A stretch of 64,000 nucleotides of DNA from Macrostomum lignano (lineage: Eukaryota), in assembly GCA_002269645.1 (NCBI GenBank), contig NIVC01003643.1, positions 21,963-85,962 on the forward strand. The letters run 5' to 3'. This document shows positions 24,601 to 35,599 of this stretch, one piece after another (the stretch's first letter is position 1; every line of letters starts with the position of its first letter). The notes beneath the pieces were generated by a model. It had not been told where the DNA came from, did not search any database, and saw nothing but the letters and a program-made list of their open reading frames with translations. The translations under genes and the position numbers were made by a program.

Positions 24601-25246
24601 GACGCGTTGTCTTTGTCCCGGTTTTCTAAGCGGCGACGCAGGTACCGATAGTACTTCTGCATGTGCAGCAAAGCCAAGTTCAGGGCGTCGCGGACTTCGG
24701 CGCATTCCGGTGTAGAGTCGAGTTTCAACAGAAACTGATGGATGTAAGCAGATGTTTTCTGAAAGTCTGAAAAGGTAACCGTGTATTTTAGGGTGAATTA
24801 TTTGAATTATTAGATACGCTTTAGCCAATTTTGAGAGTTATGGCTCAAAAGCTCAGTAGCCATTTTGAGAGTTGGTATGAAAATAAAACACGACAAAACA
24901 AACGATTCGTTGCTAAAACTATTTTATATTCATAGCATTATCAAAAACTTTGTGTAATTTTTATTCTTTTATAATTTACACTCTAATCATTTTAAAGTTT
25001 TTCCCTATTCTCTGGTAATTACTGACAAAGGCCTTGAGGCGCCTTATAAGCCGACTAATCTACCAACCAATTAAATTTGAGTATAATGGTCACAAACATA
25101 AAGGCCATATATTTGTCCGCAAGTCCTTTAATTTGTAGGGCTATGCAGAAAAATACACCAAAATGTTGCTCACATAGGGGAAAAAGTTGACGCAGGGAAT
25201 TATTATCCACGACCACTTTACACTTACCTTTTCTTTTCACTGCCAT
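12654..25246 (-). CDS. Ankyrin-repeat protein (inversin/ANKRD55-like N-terminal array, long low-complexity tail), 13 exons, ~968 aa
   Basis: Exons (minus strand): 25246-25228, 24766-24392, 21603-21475, 21171-21017, 18982-18767, 18614-18539, 18418-18275, 17538-17379, 17187-16902, 16561-15931, 14745-14400, 13684-13456, 12794-12654. All introns are GT-AG and phase-consistent; total 2907 nt. Ankyrin motifs include GRGLLMYAV, STALHLAVHKG, GRAPLHWAV, GWTFLHWAV, GKNVLMVAAEQG and RSAVHLATIGGHGEVLNFLLDQGAD. The stop overlaps AATAAA. The start exon and the low-complexity 3' exons are less certain. Confidence 0.8.
12797..13215. repeat. 24-bp minisatellite (GATTGTGCAGTAGTTTGTGGTGTA) in ankyrin-gene intron 12
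   Basis: Units start at 12812, 12836 and onward, degenerating toward 13200. Confidence 0.9.
13710..14270. repeat. GGAGATTCT(C/G)-based 12-15-bp degenerate repeat in ankyrin-gene intron 11
   Basis: Repeated GGAGGAGATTCTCCT and GGGGATTCT motifs. Confidence 0.85.
14775..15850 (+). repeat. 16-bp G-rich minisatellite (GGGTGAGGGGTTGGCT, ~67 copies) in ankyrin-gene intron 10
   Basis: Direct inspection; two G-runs of 3 or more per unit. Confidence 0.95.
16568..16715. repeat. 16-bp repeat (GTGACACATTGGCTGA, ~9 copies) in ankyrin-gene intron 9
   Basis: Units start at 16578, 16594 and onward; the array abuts the acceptor at 16562. Confidence 0.9.
17227..17299 (+). repeat. Interstitial telomere-like (TTAGGG)n tract in ankyrin-gene intron 8
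   Basis: GGTTAGGGTTAGGGTTAGGGTTAGGGTTAGTGTTAGTG at ~17259-17297 plus degenerate TTGGGG units upstream. Confidence 0.85.
17555..18265. repeat. 16-bp minisatellite (GTGACAGGCTGATGGA, ~44 copies) filling ankyrin-gene intron 7
   Basis: Direct inspection. Confidence 0.95.
19000..21008. repeat. 17-bp minisatellite (GTGAGACGATTCTCAGG, ~115 copies) filling ankyrin-gene intron 4
   Basis: Direct inspection; contains a 782-bp (46-unit) higher-order duplication. Confidence 0.95.
22120..22505. repeat. 32-bp repeat (CCAACCGGTATCTAAACAGCACCTATGGGTGT, ~12 copies) in ankyrin-gene intron 2
   Basis: TATCTA at 22141, 22173 and onward. Confidence 0.9.
22790..24388. repeat. 14-bp minisatellite (CCCTGGTCTCCCGA, >100 copies, nearly perfect) in ankyrin-gene intron 2
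   Basis: Homogeneous from ~22800 to ~24180, then degenerate up to the donor site at 24391. Confidence 0.97.
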
Positions 25247-26609
25247 AGTAAGCCGTGAGCGTTTTACTGTGTGAAATAACCTGACTCGAATGATGACTTT
25301 TTAGCCATCGATAAGGGATGGTGACAAAGTCACCTGAATTGCAGTGTTTGTTTTTATCAGTGACAATATTGTGATAGCGGTGGTAAGATTTTTTTTAAAT
25401 AATTTTTCAACAGAACTGAAGTTAAAAATTAGGTTTCGTAAACAACCTAAAGAAACTTCGTTTTTTAACAAATTTTTATTTAAAACTTTTGCAAACTTGT
25501 GTTTATTTATTAAGTTCTAAAGATAGTTTAAAATAATTATTTTCATGGCTAACTACGCCACTGTTTTAGTAAAACTAATTTAAAATTCACGTAATAATTC
25601 AAAGTGTACATTCAGATCTAGATGTGTCCGGCGTGTAAAATTCTACTTAATTAGAATTAATTTAATTCGTATATTCGTAGATTGGAGATTTAGTAAATTT
25701 GATTGGGCAATGGCCTAAATAATTGTTTGCTTGAGCAAGAGTACGAAATGCTACTACTAACACCACTAGGCCGTCTAGGGCCAACCCTCCTAGACTTGCT
25801 TCTGACTCCGAAAAAATAAAAATAGTAAGAAGAAAAGTGTTATTCTGGTCGTTGGGGCCAGAGCTACGTGTCTGAAATATTAGTTTTGTGTTTTTAGCAA
25901 TAAATAATAAAACTAAATAATATTTAATTAGGTGGTATGCAAGACAATGACTTAATAAGTCAAGAGAGGTGAAGCACATGTTAACACAATGCCAATGGCT
26001 ACCAATATCACTGAATGCACATGTGACATAGCACATTATATGCCCTGGTTATCAAAAAATCGCATATTTCTCAGAATGTCTGTTGGCTAGTTTTATACTA
26101 GAGGATTCTAACCTTAAATAGACCAATAGGTCAGAATTAGTAAGAACTATTATTATTATAGGCCTAGTCATATAAAACTTTGGCCTAGGCCCTAGTCATT
26201 GTAAATTACATAGGCCTAGGCCCTAATCAACTTCAACTTGCTATATATAAATATATAGAGTCTAGGTTACCTGTATTTCAATTTATTTTTTAGCATTAGA
26301 ATCTTTATCAAGCAGTGGTATTAAAATAAAAAAACCAAAATTTCAAAAAAATATAAAATAACTAGGCTTATATTAAAAAGAAAATTTCAAAAAAGTATTT
26401 TAATTTGTTTTTTATGTTTATATTGGTAAATATTACAGTTTAAAATAAATTGTTTTTTAATCCCCATTTATAAAAAAAAAACATTTTTAGCTATGAACCA
26501 TATAAAATTGTTTATCTATATTTATAGTTTTTTATTTCAACTTTATTTACATTGTAGGATTTTTTAACTATAGTAGGCCCTAGTATAGATACAACTACAA
26601 AAGGTTACA

Positions 26610-26902
26610 CATGCATGCGCAACAGTCGGGTGAGTCGGCCGAGTCGGCCAATCCAGCCGACCAATTTGGCGGCCAACCAAGGAAGTCACAAAAATGCCCA
26701 CCCGAAAAAAGAATATAGTAGTACTAAGTAGCTACTAAGTAGCTGATGAGGCATTTTGGCTTAATAAGACAGTCATAGTTACTCCTGCCGTTTACCCAAA
26801 GTTGAGTTAATTTAGCTTTAGGGTTTTTTTACATCTAAGTTGCATTTTTGGCCAAAAACTAAGTCGCATGGCCGACCGAATTTTGGAGGTTGCGCATGTA
26901 TG
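26610..26902. mobile_element. MITE family A, copy 1 (293 bp; 14-bp TIR; 8-bp TSD; hAT- or P-type)
   Basis: Ends CATGCATGCGCAAC ... GTTGCGCATGTATG; TSD AGGTTACA at 26602-26609 and 26903-26910; homologous to 44001-44279. Confidence 0.9.
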
Positions 26903-27549
26903 AGGTTACAGATATGGAAATTTTTAGACAAAGCATATAGATATGATTATAATTATATAAACACATTTTCTATCTAGTTCCTATATCTAATAGTACAATT
27001 CAACTGAGACTTGAAAGACCATTGGAGCTGTTGATTTGATAGGGTTAGAGATGAATGAAAGTTGCCCCTAGCTTTTAATGATGTTAATCTCAATGGCAAA
27101 GTGCCTCTATCATTCCCAATTATATAGTAAGAAAGTAAAGAATGGCAGCAATAATTTAACCTATCACTCATTGACAGTGTCTCATTTATGAATTGTATAG
27201 GAAAATAGCTGAGATTGTCTTCATCTTAACTTTAGCCTCCACCACCATTGAAAATCTCTGTTGCTTGAGTCCCCAACTACAATGAAAGTGAGAACAGTGG
27301 ATGCATGGGCAATGCTACTGGATATGGCAGACTCTACTAACTAACATCTATTATAGACTCCAAGCTGACTTCCCAAGATCCAGTGATCCTTGATCCTTAT
27401 TTCCATGCTGAATCCCAATTATCCCCTTGTCCCAAAGAATCGCAAAGTGCAAAATCCTTACTGGATCGCATGCATGCTTTAGGCACAGTGCAGCTGCGGT
27501 GTGAAGGAGAACCCACCTGAGTATCGATAATTATCCAGTCCGCCAGTCC

Positions 27550-29077
27550 ATGGCCTCCCGCGCCGGGCCCAGGGCCGCCGGTTCTGATGGCTCAGATTTT
27601 GTTCACCGCGAAGTCATCGAGCTGCGCCATCGGATCAGCTCGGTGCTCAAGCCCCGAGTTCGCGTGCTCAGCTTCATCCACTCGCTGCTGCTGCTGGCCG
27701 CCGGGGCCAGGGTCTTCGCCCGTCCGGCCAGCCTGCCCTCAGTGACCCCGGCTGACCTCGCCTGGCTGGCCTCCGGCCTGGCGCCAATGGCCGCCCTGCT
27801 TGCGCTGCCGAGGAACCGCACCTGGCCTCTCCGGTGCGCAATCGCCTGCCACCTGGCCTGCGGTCTGGCGCCAATCGTTTGGACTGTCTGGCGCCACGCC
27901 GCCGATCTGCACGATTTTGTGTCCACCAGGCGGGATGAGTACCGCCTGCCCTTGGGAGACCTGCCGTACACGCCTGTGCTCTACCTGTTCCTGTCGGTCT
28001 GTCTGCAGGTGAGATTAGGTTTTGGCTGGGGCGATGAGCAAATAGGTTAAGTAATTACTTCTGATTCCTATCTCCCGCCCACCAGATTCCTAGAATCGCC
28101 CTCTCCTGACCAGATCGCTAGAATCGCCCTCTCCTGACCAGAACGCAAGAATCGCCCTCTCCTGACCAGATCGCTAGAATCGCTCTCTCCTGACCAGATT
28201 GCTAGAATCGCCCTCTCCTGACCAGATTGCTAGAATCGCCCTCTCCTGACCAGATCGCTAGAATCGCCCTCTCCTGACCAGAACGCTAGAATCGCCCTCT
28301 CCTGACCAGATCGCTAGAATCGCCCTCTCCTGACCAGATCGCTAGAATCGCCCTCTCCTGACCAGATCGCTAGAATCGCCCTCTCCCGACCAGATCGCTA
28401 GAATCGCCCTCTCCTGACCAGATCGCTAGAATCGCCCTCTCCTGACCAGATCGCTAGAATCGCCCTCTCCTGACCAGATCGCTAGAATCGCCCTCTCCTG
28501 ACCAGATCGCTAGAATCGCCCTCTCCTGACCAGATCGCTAGAATCGCCCTCTCCTGACCAGATCGCTAGAATCGCCCTCTCCTGACCAGATCGCTAGAAT
28601 CGCCCTCTCCTGACCAGATCGCTAGAATCGCCCTCTCCTGACCAGATCGCTAGAATCGCCCTCTCCTGACCAGATCGCTAGAATCGCCCTCTCCCGACCA
28701 GATCGCTAGAATCGCCCTCTCCTGACCAGATTGCTAGAATCGCCCTCTCCTGACCAGATCGCTAGAATCGCCCTCTCCTGACCAGATCGCTAGAATCGCC
28801 CTCTCCTGACCAGATCGCTAGAATCGCCCTCTCCTGACCAGATCGCTAGAATCGCCCTCTCCTGACCAGATCGCTAGAATCGCCCTCTCCTGACCAGATC
28901 GCTAGAATCGCCCTCTCCTGACCAGATCGCTAGAATCGTGAATCAAGCCAGCACCCCAATAACTGCCAGGTGCACGGGTTCAGCCTATACTACTGCTGGC
29001 GTCTGTTGCGCGCCTGGTCGCCCCGTGCCGCAACAAGTTCAGCCGCCGCGAATTCTGCCGGAAAGAAGCGATCTTAA
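27550..29077 (+). CDS. JAGN1: Protein jagunal homolog (ER membrane protein); exons 27550-28008 and 28970-29077; 188 aa
   Basis: N-terminus MASRAGPRAAGSDGSDFVHRE is almost identical to the conserved jagunal N-terminus. Also has LPRN and LAP-I motifs, four hydrophobic segments and a spliced ...SVCLQ|VHGFSLYYCWRLLRAW tail. C-terminal KKRS fits a dilysine ER-retrieval signal. AATAAA at 29162. Confidence 0.95.
28081..28938. repeat. 28-bp minisatellite (ACCAGATCGCTAGAATCGCCCTCTCCTG, ~30 copies) filling the JAGN1 intron
   Basis: Units start at 28081, 28109 and onward. Confidence 0.95.
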
Positions 29078-29586
29078 AAACGCTTTGTCAAATTGTCAGC
29101 CAATCTGGTCTGGATGAAATCGGACTGAAGTTTTGCTAACAGCGCTGCTTGCTGCTTTAATAATAAAATTTAGTCTGTTTTATTTTACTTTACTTTCAGC
29201 AAACCGAATAGCGATAAAGGAATTGTATTAATTAAGATTTGACTGTATTCAAATTTTTAGTCTGACCCTTGCTTCTCTTGCTTGTTGGCTATTTATAAAT
29301 ATACCTGTGCATGTTGCTGCGGCAACCAATCCCGGGCGGTGGGTGCGCTTGCTCTGCTATCAATAGTTGGGGCAGCTTTCGGTTTCTGACTTAAAACCAA
29401 AGTTTCCTTTGCATCCGTTGGTTTTTGTTGTTAACCAGTTGCTTATAGTTGATATAAATTTGAATGCCTAGTGTCGATTATTGAAGTGCAGCTTCTACCG
29501 ACTATTGCCATATTATTTATCGGCTCGGGTTGTGTAAATCACATATTGTTGAAGTATGTTGATTTATTGACGTTATCAAAATAAGT

Positions 29587-30207
29587 AGACTCGCTCCTCT
29601 GAGCAGTTCTCCCCGAAGACTCGCCCCTATGAGCAGTTCTCCCCAAAGACTCGCCCCTCTGAGCAGTTCTCCCCAAAGACTCGCTCCTCTGAGCAGTTCT
29701 CCCCGAAGACTCGCTCCTCTGAGCAGTTCTCCCCAAAGACTCGCCCCTCTGAGCAGTTCTCCCCAAAGACTCGCCCCTCTGAGCAGTTCTCCCCAAAGAC
29801 TCGCCCCTATGAGCAGTTCTCCCCGAAGACTCGCTCCTCTGAGCAGTTCTCCCCGAAGACGCCCCTATGAGCAGTTCTCCCCAAAGACTCGCCCCTCTGA
29901 GCAGTTCTCCCCAAAGACTCGCCCCTCTGAGCAGTTCTCCACAAAGACTCGCCCCTCTGATCAGTTCTCCACAAAGACTCGCCCCTCTGAGCAGTTCTCC
30001 CCAAAACTCGCCCCTCTGAGCAGTTCTCCACAAAGACTCGCCCCTCTGAGCAGTTCTCCCCAAAACTCGCCCCTCTGAGCAGTTCTCCCCAAAACTCGCC
30101 CCTCTGAGCAGTTCTCCCCAAAACTCGCCCCTCTGAGCAGTTCTCCACAAAGACTCGCCCCTCTGAGCAGTTCTCCCCAAAGACTCGCCCCTCTGAGCAG
30201 TTCTCCC
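29587..30207. repeat. 30-bp minisatellite (GACTCGCCCCTCTGAGCAGTTCTCCCCAAA, ~21 copies)
   Basis: Units start at 29588, 29618 and onward; no spacers. Confidence 0.92.
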
Positions 30208-30744
30208 AAAAAATCACCCCAAAAATCACGAGACGAATCAATGAAGTTATGCAGGTAGAGGTTTTTATATTTATAGTTTATTATATATTTACACGTACGC
30301 AGCTTTCTAGCTCAGGACTACATGTAATGGTATCGTGTACATCGCTTAACATGACAGTGAACATTAATTCTTATGAAGTTGAAAACTAACAGATGCGATT
30401 GAATATACATGTACACACTGCCACAAACACGGACTACACGTCTGTATATGATGGGGAATTATTGATAACAAGATTGTTGCGAGGCGCAGAACGGATGTAA
30501 TTATCATGGCGGCTGTACCGCACATTTATCTACTATGCGAGTACATGTTTGCATGGTCCTGTGTACTCGTAGTTTTACTAGATGAGAAATGAGTACTCTT
30601 AAAAAACTGAAAACCTCCCATTTCATTAAAAAAGGGGCTACGAGTTTTTTTAAAACTGAAAATTTTTAAGTACTATAAATATGTAATGCTATACCAGTAT
30701 ACGAGTACACATGTATGTGATTCTTAGGGGCGTAGCCAGGAGAG

Positions 30745-31150
30745 ACTCCGTCATCACTAAGGGGCGTCAGCATCACAAGGGCGTCATCATCATCACCACT
30801 AGGGACACCATAATCATCACCAGGGACACCATCCATCACTAAGGGCGCCATCATCATCATCACAAGGGGCACCATCATCATCATCACTATTGGCGCTATC
30901 ATCATTATCATCACTAAGGGCGCCATCATCATCATCACTAAGGGCGCCATCATCATCATCACTATTAGCGCTATCATCATCATCATCAATAAGGGCGCCA
31001 TCATCATAATCACTAGGGGCGCCATCATCATCATCACTAAGTGGCATCATCATCATCACTAGTGGCATCATCTTCATCACTAAGTGGCATCATCATCATC
31101 ACTAGTGGCATCATCTTCATCACTAAGTGGCATCATCATCATCACTAGAG
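30745..31150. repeat. (CAT)n-rich degenerate ~24-bp repeat downstream of IRF2BP
   Basis: CATCATCATCACTAAGGGCGC-type units. Confidence 0.8.
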
Positions 31151-31301
31151 GCGCCAGCGCCAGGGTCGCCAAAGCTAATGGTCAGCGGGCGCCACATACA
31201 TGTACTTTTCCCACCCAACCGGTGGGGGGCCGCGGCCCTCCTTGCCCCCTCCCTGGCTGCGCCCGTGTCAGTCCGGGGCCCATTCGGACCCGCAGTCCAG
31301 C

Positions 31302-33493
31302 TCAGTTCGCGCACTCGCCCTCGGCATCCAGCTCCGCGCTCTCCCGCTTGCACCCGTCCGCAGTCGCGGCCGTCGCCGAATCTTCGCTTGTGCAACTCTT
31401 CGCCGTCGCCGCCTTCTCCTGCCGCTGCCGATGGTCGGTTTCGTCCTGATCGACGATTGCGGAAGTCGCCGCTGCCGAGCTGGTGGGCGCCGGCGTAGCG
31501 GTGGAGGTCGCGGAGGAGCCGCCGCCGCTGCCGTCGACGAGAATAGCCTCGATCTCGTGCTGGATGAAGGCCCAGGGCACTGAGCTGCCAGGCAGGAGGC
31601 AGCGCTCGCCGCTCGGACAGTAGATGGATTCGGACTGGCGGTCGGGACCGGCCGAGGACTCGCGCAGGTCGCCGAGCTGCCGGTGGATGCTGTCTCTGGC
31701 GCAGGGGAAGCAGAACTTGTGCGCCGCCTCGGCCGGGCACTGGACGAAGTGCGTCTCCTCCATGCGGCTCTTGCAGAAACTGCAGCGCAGAGTCTGCCGG
31801 ATGCAGAGCCTCTTGGATGGGGCATGCTGCTGCTGCTGCTGCTGCAGTTGAAGGATTCCTGCAACTGGAGATTATTTGGATTGCTTTTAATTATTTCTGC
31901 AGTTGGCGCAAGCCACCCTACAGTACTCATTATCAGGCATCATCCCCAATCAGTCACCCCAATAGCACCAACCCCTCCCCCAATGGCGCCACCCCCTCAC
32001 CAATGGCGCCACCCCCTCACCAATGGCGCCAACCCCTCCCCAATAGCGCCAATCCCTCCCCAATAGCGCCAACCCCTCCCGCAAAGGCGCCAACCCCTCC
32101 CTAAATGGCACCACTCTCTCTTCAACAAAAGGCGCCACCCATTTCCCCAATGGCTCACCTCCGCTGGCGCCCTTCACGGGCAGCAGTGATTTCGGCATCA
32201 GCCGAGTCTTCGGCGTCAGCTGGGGCGGCCGCAGCTCCCTGTTGGGCGCCGGCAGCCGGTCAGCCAGAGGCCGCTCTCGCAGCCGCGTCACCCGCTCGCC
32301 GACCAGCTCAGTGAGGAGGCGCCAGTCGCCGGGGCAGCGCTCGTACTCCAGCAGCAGGGCAGCGGCTGACGCGGCCGACGCGGAGGTGGCCGCCGACGTC
32401 GCAATCGAGGCGGCGTCGCGGCTCATCTGGCTGGCCACGCCGGCGCACGAGTTGAAGACGGTCCTGGAGCCCACGGGGTACTCGAAGAACAGCTTCAGCT
32501 CCAGCTGGTCCAGCCGGGTCATCCCGGTGCCAACGTCGGCGGCGAACACGCAGCCCAGGCTGCCGCCGCTCGGCTGGCCTTTGAGGCGAACCTGGCGGAA
32601 CAGGAGTTCATGAGTGAGTTCATGAGTGAGTTCATGAGTGAGCTCATGAGTGAGTTCATGAGTGAGTTCATGAGTGAGTTCAGGAGTGAGGTCATGAGTG
32701 AGTTCATGAGTGAGTTCATGAGTGAGCTCATGAGTGAGTTCACGACTGAGTTCATGAGTGAGTTCATGAGTGAGTTCATGAGTGACTTCATGAGTGAGTT
32801 CACGACTGAGTTCATGAGTGAGCTCATGAGTGAGTTCATGAGTGAGCTCATGAGTGAGTTCATGAGTGACTTCATGAGTGAGTTCACGACTGAGTTCATG
32901 AGTGAGCTCATGAGTGAGTTCATGAGTGAGTTCATGAGTTCATGAGTGAGTTCATAAGCGCTTACATGAAACGGGCAGCATTTGCTCAGCGCATCAACAA
33001 TGTCCCTGGCAACGTAGTCAGAACCGCCGCCTCCACCGCTTCCATTGCTGCTGTTGCTCCCGTTGCTGGCCTGCTGTTGCTGGACAGCGGAGGTGGACGA
33101 GCTCGCTAGCAGGTCGGGCCGCACGCCGCCACCGCTTCCTGCTGGCGGCGAGTCCGACCGAATCCCCAGCGACAGCGGCAGCGGCGGAGGCGGCGGCAGG
33201 CAGAGCAGCTGGTGCTGCAGCCCGATGGCTGAGAATTTGCTAAGCTGCGGAGGCGGTGGAGGCGGCGGTGGCGGCTGCTGTTGCTGCTGCTGTTGCTGTT
33301 GCTGTTGAGCGGCCGCGGACGAGCCGCCGGCCATCTTCAGCAGACGGGCCCGCTCGATCACCAGCTCCACTCGGTCGGCGCCCTCGTAGTTGACGCAGCC
33401 GCGGCAGACCAGCTCGGAGAAGTCGGTGAGCAGAGCCCAGGGCGGCCGGGGCAGATCGCACAGGTAGCACTGGCGGCGGAGCAGGAAAGACAT
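31302..33493 (-). CDS. IRF2BP: Interferon regulatory factor 2-binding protein family (IRF2BP/IRF2BPL/Pits-like); exons 33493-32966, 32591-32159, 31858-31302; 505 aa
   Basis: N-terminal C4 zinc finger [45 protein letters not shown]. The central block PFH|VRLK...[12 protein letters not shown] is restored by splicing. C-terminal [23 protein letters not shown]...HKFCFPC...[20 protein letters not shown]. All phases are consistent. Confidence 0.95.
31945..32150. repeat. ~21-bp repeat (CAATGGCGCCACCCCCTCACC-like) in IRF2BP intron 2
   Basis: Direct inspection. Confidence 0.8.
32605..32955. repeat. 12-bp repeat (GAGTTCATGAGT) filling IRF2BP intron 1
   Basis: Occupies most of the 374-nt intron 32592-32965. 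Confidence 0.95.
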
Positions 33494-33546
33494 CCCGGAT
33501 GCTGCCTGCGGGCTGGGGTGGGCGAGGGGACTGAGGCATCGGGCCT

Positions 33547-33555
33547 GACACAGAC

Positions 33556-33628
<73 letters not shown>

Positions 33629-33630
33629 GG
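33547..33630. repeat. (AGAC)n microsatellite in a probable 5'UTR intron of IRF2BP (33545-33671)
   Basis: Minus-strand donor cccag|gtgagt at 33671 and acceptor tgtcag| at 33545. Confidence 0.8.
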
Positions 33631-34589
33631 CAGAGTTCCGAAAGCTGCAGCAAAACAGTAGACAAACTCACCTGGGCAAAATTGTGGGGAAAATGATAGA
33701 AAAAGCAGCAAAGCCGGTCAGCCAGACGCGGTCCAAAGATCTCAGGTGCGCTCGTAAATACCGATTAACGGATAGGATTCGAACTCATGACCTGAAATCG
33801 AGTATATTGCCAATCGAAGCCTGGGACAAGGACTGCTGGCTGCTTCACAGGGCGCAGGCATATATAGGGATACCGGCACGCATATCGGTGAAGGCCCGCC
33901 CGTGACGTGCGACGCACGCGCTACAAACACACAGAGAGCAGCCGAGGAAGCGACCTCGATGGCTGTTGGAACTGCGCGGGGCAGCAGCGGCAGCGGGGAG
34001 GGGAGGGGAGATTTCCGAGGAAGGCACGCACGAAGAGGAGGAAGCAGAGCAGAAGAGACGGGGGTGGTGACTGGCCAGGACCAAAGGGAGAATAAGAGGG
34101 AGAAGGGGAGACAGACAGAGCCCAGCCTGCAAGTGGGGCGATTCGGACACGCAACCGCGGGGCCCCCCGGTCCCCTGGGCTTGGTCACGCAATCGCGCGT
34201 GACTCCGCGCCGGGACGCCGCCGCCGCGGCAGCCCCCCCCCCCCCCCCCCGACTATCAATTATTGGCCCGCCCCGCTGAAGGTCTGTGGCGCGCGCACGC
34301 ACACAGCTGAGGCCTGAGAGAAGGGGCGCAAGTGCGTGACTGCGTATTGAACTGAGAGGCCCCGCCGGAGGTCTAAGTTTAAACCTGGGCAGCTGCTTGC
34401 TTTTTCACTCTGAGATCTCCTCGTTTCTTTTCTCCTCAGGCCGGCCTTCTAATTTTAATTCTCGCTAGGGGGAAGCGAATGCTGTAATTGAGATTGCATC
34501 CCAATTAGCCATTGTTGGGAGCAAGCAGATTAATCCTATCGTACTGCATGCGACTCTTTGGCGTCTCGGAACAGAATCACGATCCACAG

Positions 34590-35160
34590 ATGTCAGAGGG
34601 GAGAGGGGATGAGAGGAGAGGAGAGGAGATAGGGAAGAGAAGCTGGGGGAGATAGAGGGGGAGAATAGAGATGGGAGAGAGGAGGAGGGAAGAGACAGGA
34701 GAGAAGAGAGGAGAGAAGAGAGGAGAAATACCCTCGTGGAGGTGAAGAAAAAAGTTAAAGAGCAGAGAGAAGTAGGGGAGGGAAGAGTAAATAAAAGTAG
34801 GGGGGAGGGAGAGCAGAGAGAAGTAGGGGGAGCAGAGAGAGTAGGGGGAGGGGAAGCAGACAGAAGTAGGGGGGAGGGGGAGCAGAGAGAAGTAGGGTGA
34901 GCAGAGAGAAGTAGGGGGAGGGGGAGCAGACAGAAGTAGGGGGGAGGGGGAGCAGAGAGAAGTAGGGTGAGCAGAGAGAAGTAGGGCGAGCAGAGAGAAG
35001 TAGGGGGAGGGGGAGCAGACAGAAGTAGGGGGGAGGGGGAGCAGAGAGAAGTAGGGGAGCAGAGAGAAGTAGGGTGGAGGGGGAGCAGAGAGAAGAAGGG
35101 GGAGGCTGAGCAGAGAGAAGTAGGGTGAGCAGAGAGAAGTAGGGTGAGCAGAGAGAAGTA
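34590..35160. repeat. Purine-rich repeat (GCAGAGAGAAGTAGGGGGAGGGGGA-type)
   Basis: Direct inspection. Confidence 0.9.
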
Positions 35161-35599
35161 GACCAAGGCACAGAAAGGCCCCAATCCCAGTCGCAGATGA
35201 GCGCAACCCGTGAAAATGATATTCGTCCACACGGAGACGGGGCTGGAAGGCTCACTATTGATGTAGGCAGTCGGTCTAAAACCGGCCCTGCAGCATGCAT
35301 AACAGGTGTGAATAATAACGAGGGCGCACGCACCAGCCTGTTTTATAACCCCCCCCCCAAATAGGCTGACGCTGAACTAAATTTCATAATCTGAGCCGGG
35401 GAGTCAATTTCATATTCCGCGACACGCGCCTCGCCTTGGGCCAGCCGGGTTCGAGGCGCGTGAGCGGCAATCCCCGGGATCCCCCACGGCAAATATCCAC
35501 TGCAGACCTGCTGTGCCGCACTTCTGCCGGCAGGGGACTGCCCGGCTTTAATGCCTTTGTTGTCACTGATGACTTGGCGACTCCAGTCTGACTGACTGA

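Noticed and set aside
22623-24828. 600-700-aa collagen-like GDQGRETRVGRPGS and PWSPDPGLPTLVSR ORFs
   Set aside because: They arise from the 14-bp array; a donor at 24391 splices in phase to the ankyrin exon at 21603 and completes an ankyrin repeat, so the array is intronic.
29587-30207. CRISPR-like 30-bp repeats (also the 28-, 32- and 35-bp arrays)
   Set aside because: Units are head to tail with no unique spacers, there are no cas genes, and the context is eukaryotic.
32605-32955. LMNS-repeat coding insertion in IRF2BP (ORF 32519-33493)
   Set aside because: GT-AG splicing removes it and restores the conserved PFH|VRLK block; the read-through frame loses the central domain.
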